64,000 nt of DNA from Octopus sinensis (lineage: Eukaryota). The position numbers were made by a program, and so were the translations under genes. The stretch lies in contig NW_021835690.1 of NCBI RefSeq assembly GCF_006345805.1, positions 62,001 to 126,000 on the forward strand, given 5' to 3'. The first letter of the stretch is position 1. Each line of letters begins with the position of its first letter. Positions 63,600 to 64,000 of this stretch are shown piece after piece. The notes beneath the pieces were generated by a model, which saw nothing but the letters and a program-made list of their open reading frames with translations, was not told the DNA's origin and did no database searches.

Positions 63600-63831
63600 T
63601 ATTTCTTTACTACCCACAAGGAGCTAAACACAGAGGGGACAAACAAGGACAGACAAATGGGTTAAGTCGATTACATCGACCCCAGCGCGTAACTGGAACT
63701 TATTTAATCGACCCCGAAGGATGAAAGGCAAAGTCGACCTCGGCGGAATTTGAACTCAGAACGCAGCGACAGACGAAATACCGCTAAGCATTTCTCCTGG
63801 CGTGCTAACGATTCTGCCAGCTCGACGCCTT
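63600..63831 (-). mobile_element. Meta-domain-like SINE (family C), single body with 15-bp TSD
   Basis: AGGCATATTAGTACC duplicated at 63585-63599 and 63832-63846. Confidence 0.92.
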
Positions 63832-64000
63832 AGGCATATTAGTACCGGCGGATAAAACTGGTAAGTCATACATTGTTAAAATAACACTATTTTTTACAAA
63901 ACTAATCATGAAAGAACTAGAGATGCATTAACTGGTGTAAATAAGAGCTTTGAAATATTTACACAACATGGAATAGAAGATAGAACCGAGCCATATGCCC

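Overview
AT-rich, repeat-dominated eukaryotic DNA. I can support no intact host gene or exon; nearly every ORF in the track is translated microsatellite, SINE or decayed transposon. The SINE families look from memory like octopus tRNA-derived SINEs, so the window is probably cephalopod (inference, not checked). It contains about 25 SINE copies or fragments of three families (CORE-like, Meta-domain-like, and a GGAGGCGCAATGG-headed family), decayed mariner/Tc1/Tigger fragments, LINE remnants (CR1-group, RTE with a 5' inversion, HERO-like and R4/Dong-like), a non-autonomous Helitron, a MITE and many microsatellites. The main signal not explained by the ORF track is a dense set of type I hammerhead ribozyme (HHR) motifs: CUGANGA, helix II, GAAA-C, a palindromic helix III, then GUH. 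They lie in several distinct non-coding elements, mostly next to (TA)n tracts: a 4 x 600-bp tandem array (56579-58981), a ~472-bp tandem-plus-inverted array (18305-20062), a ~550-bp tandem/inverted unit (42452-43400), fold-back hairpins centred on HHR cores, and several decayed solo copies. This fits established Penelope-like element (PLE) / non-LTR retrozyme biology. Several families share non-canonical core features (mismatch at 10.1/11.1, U at position 6). All ribozyme folds were paired by eye; cleavage activity, circRNA expression and novelty are untested. Single-base indels between tandem copies may be assembly errors.
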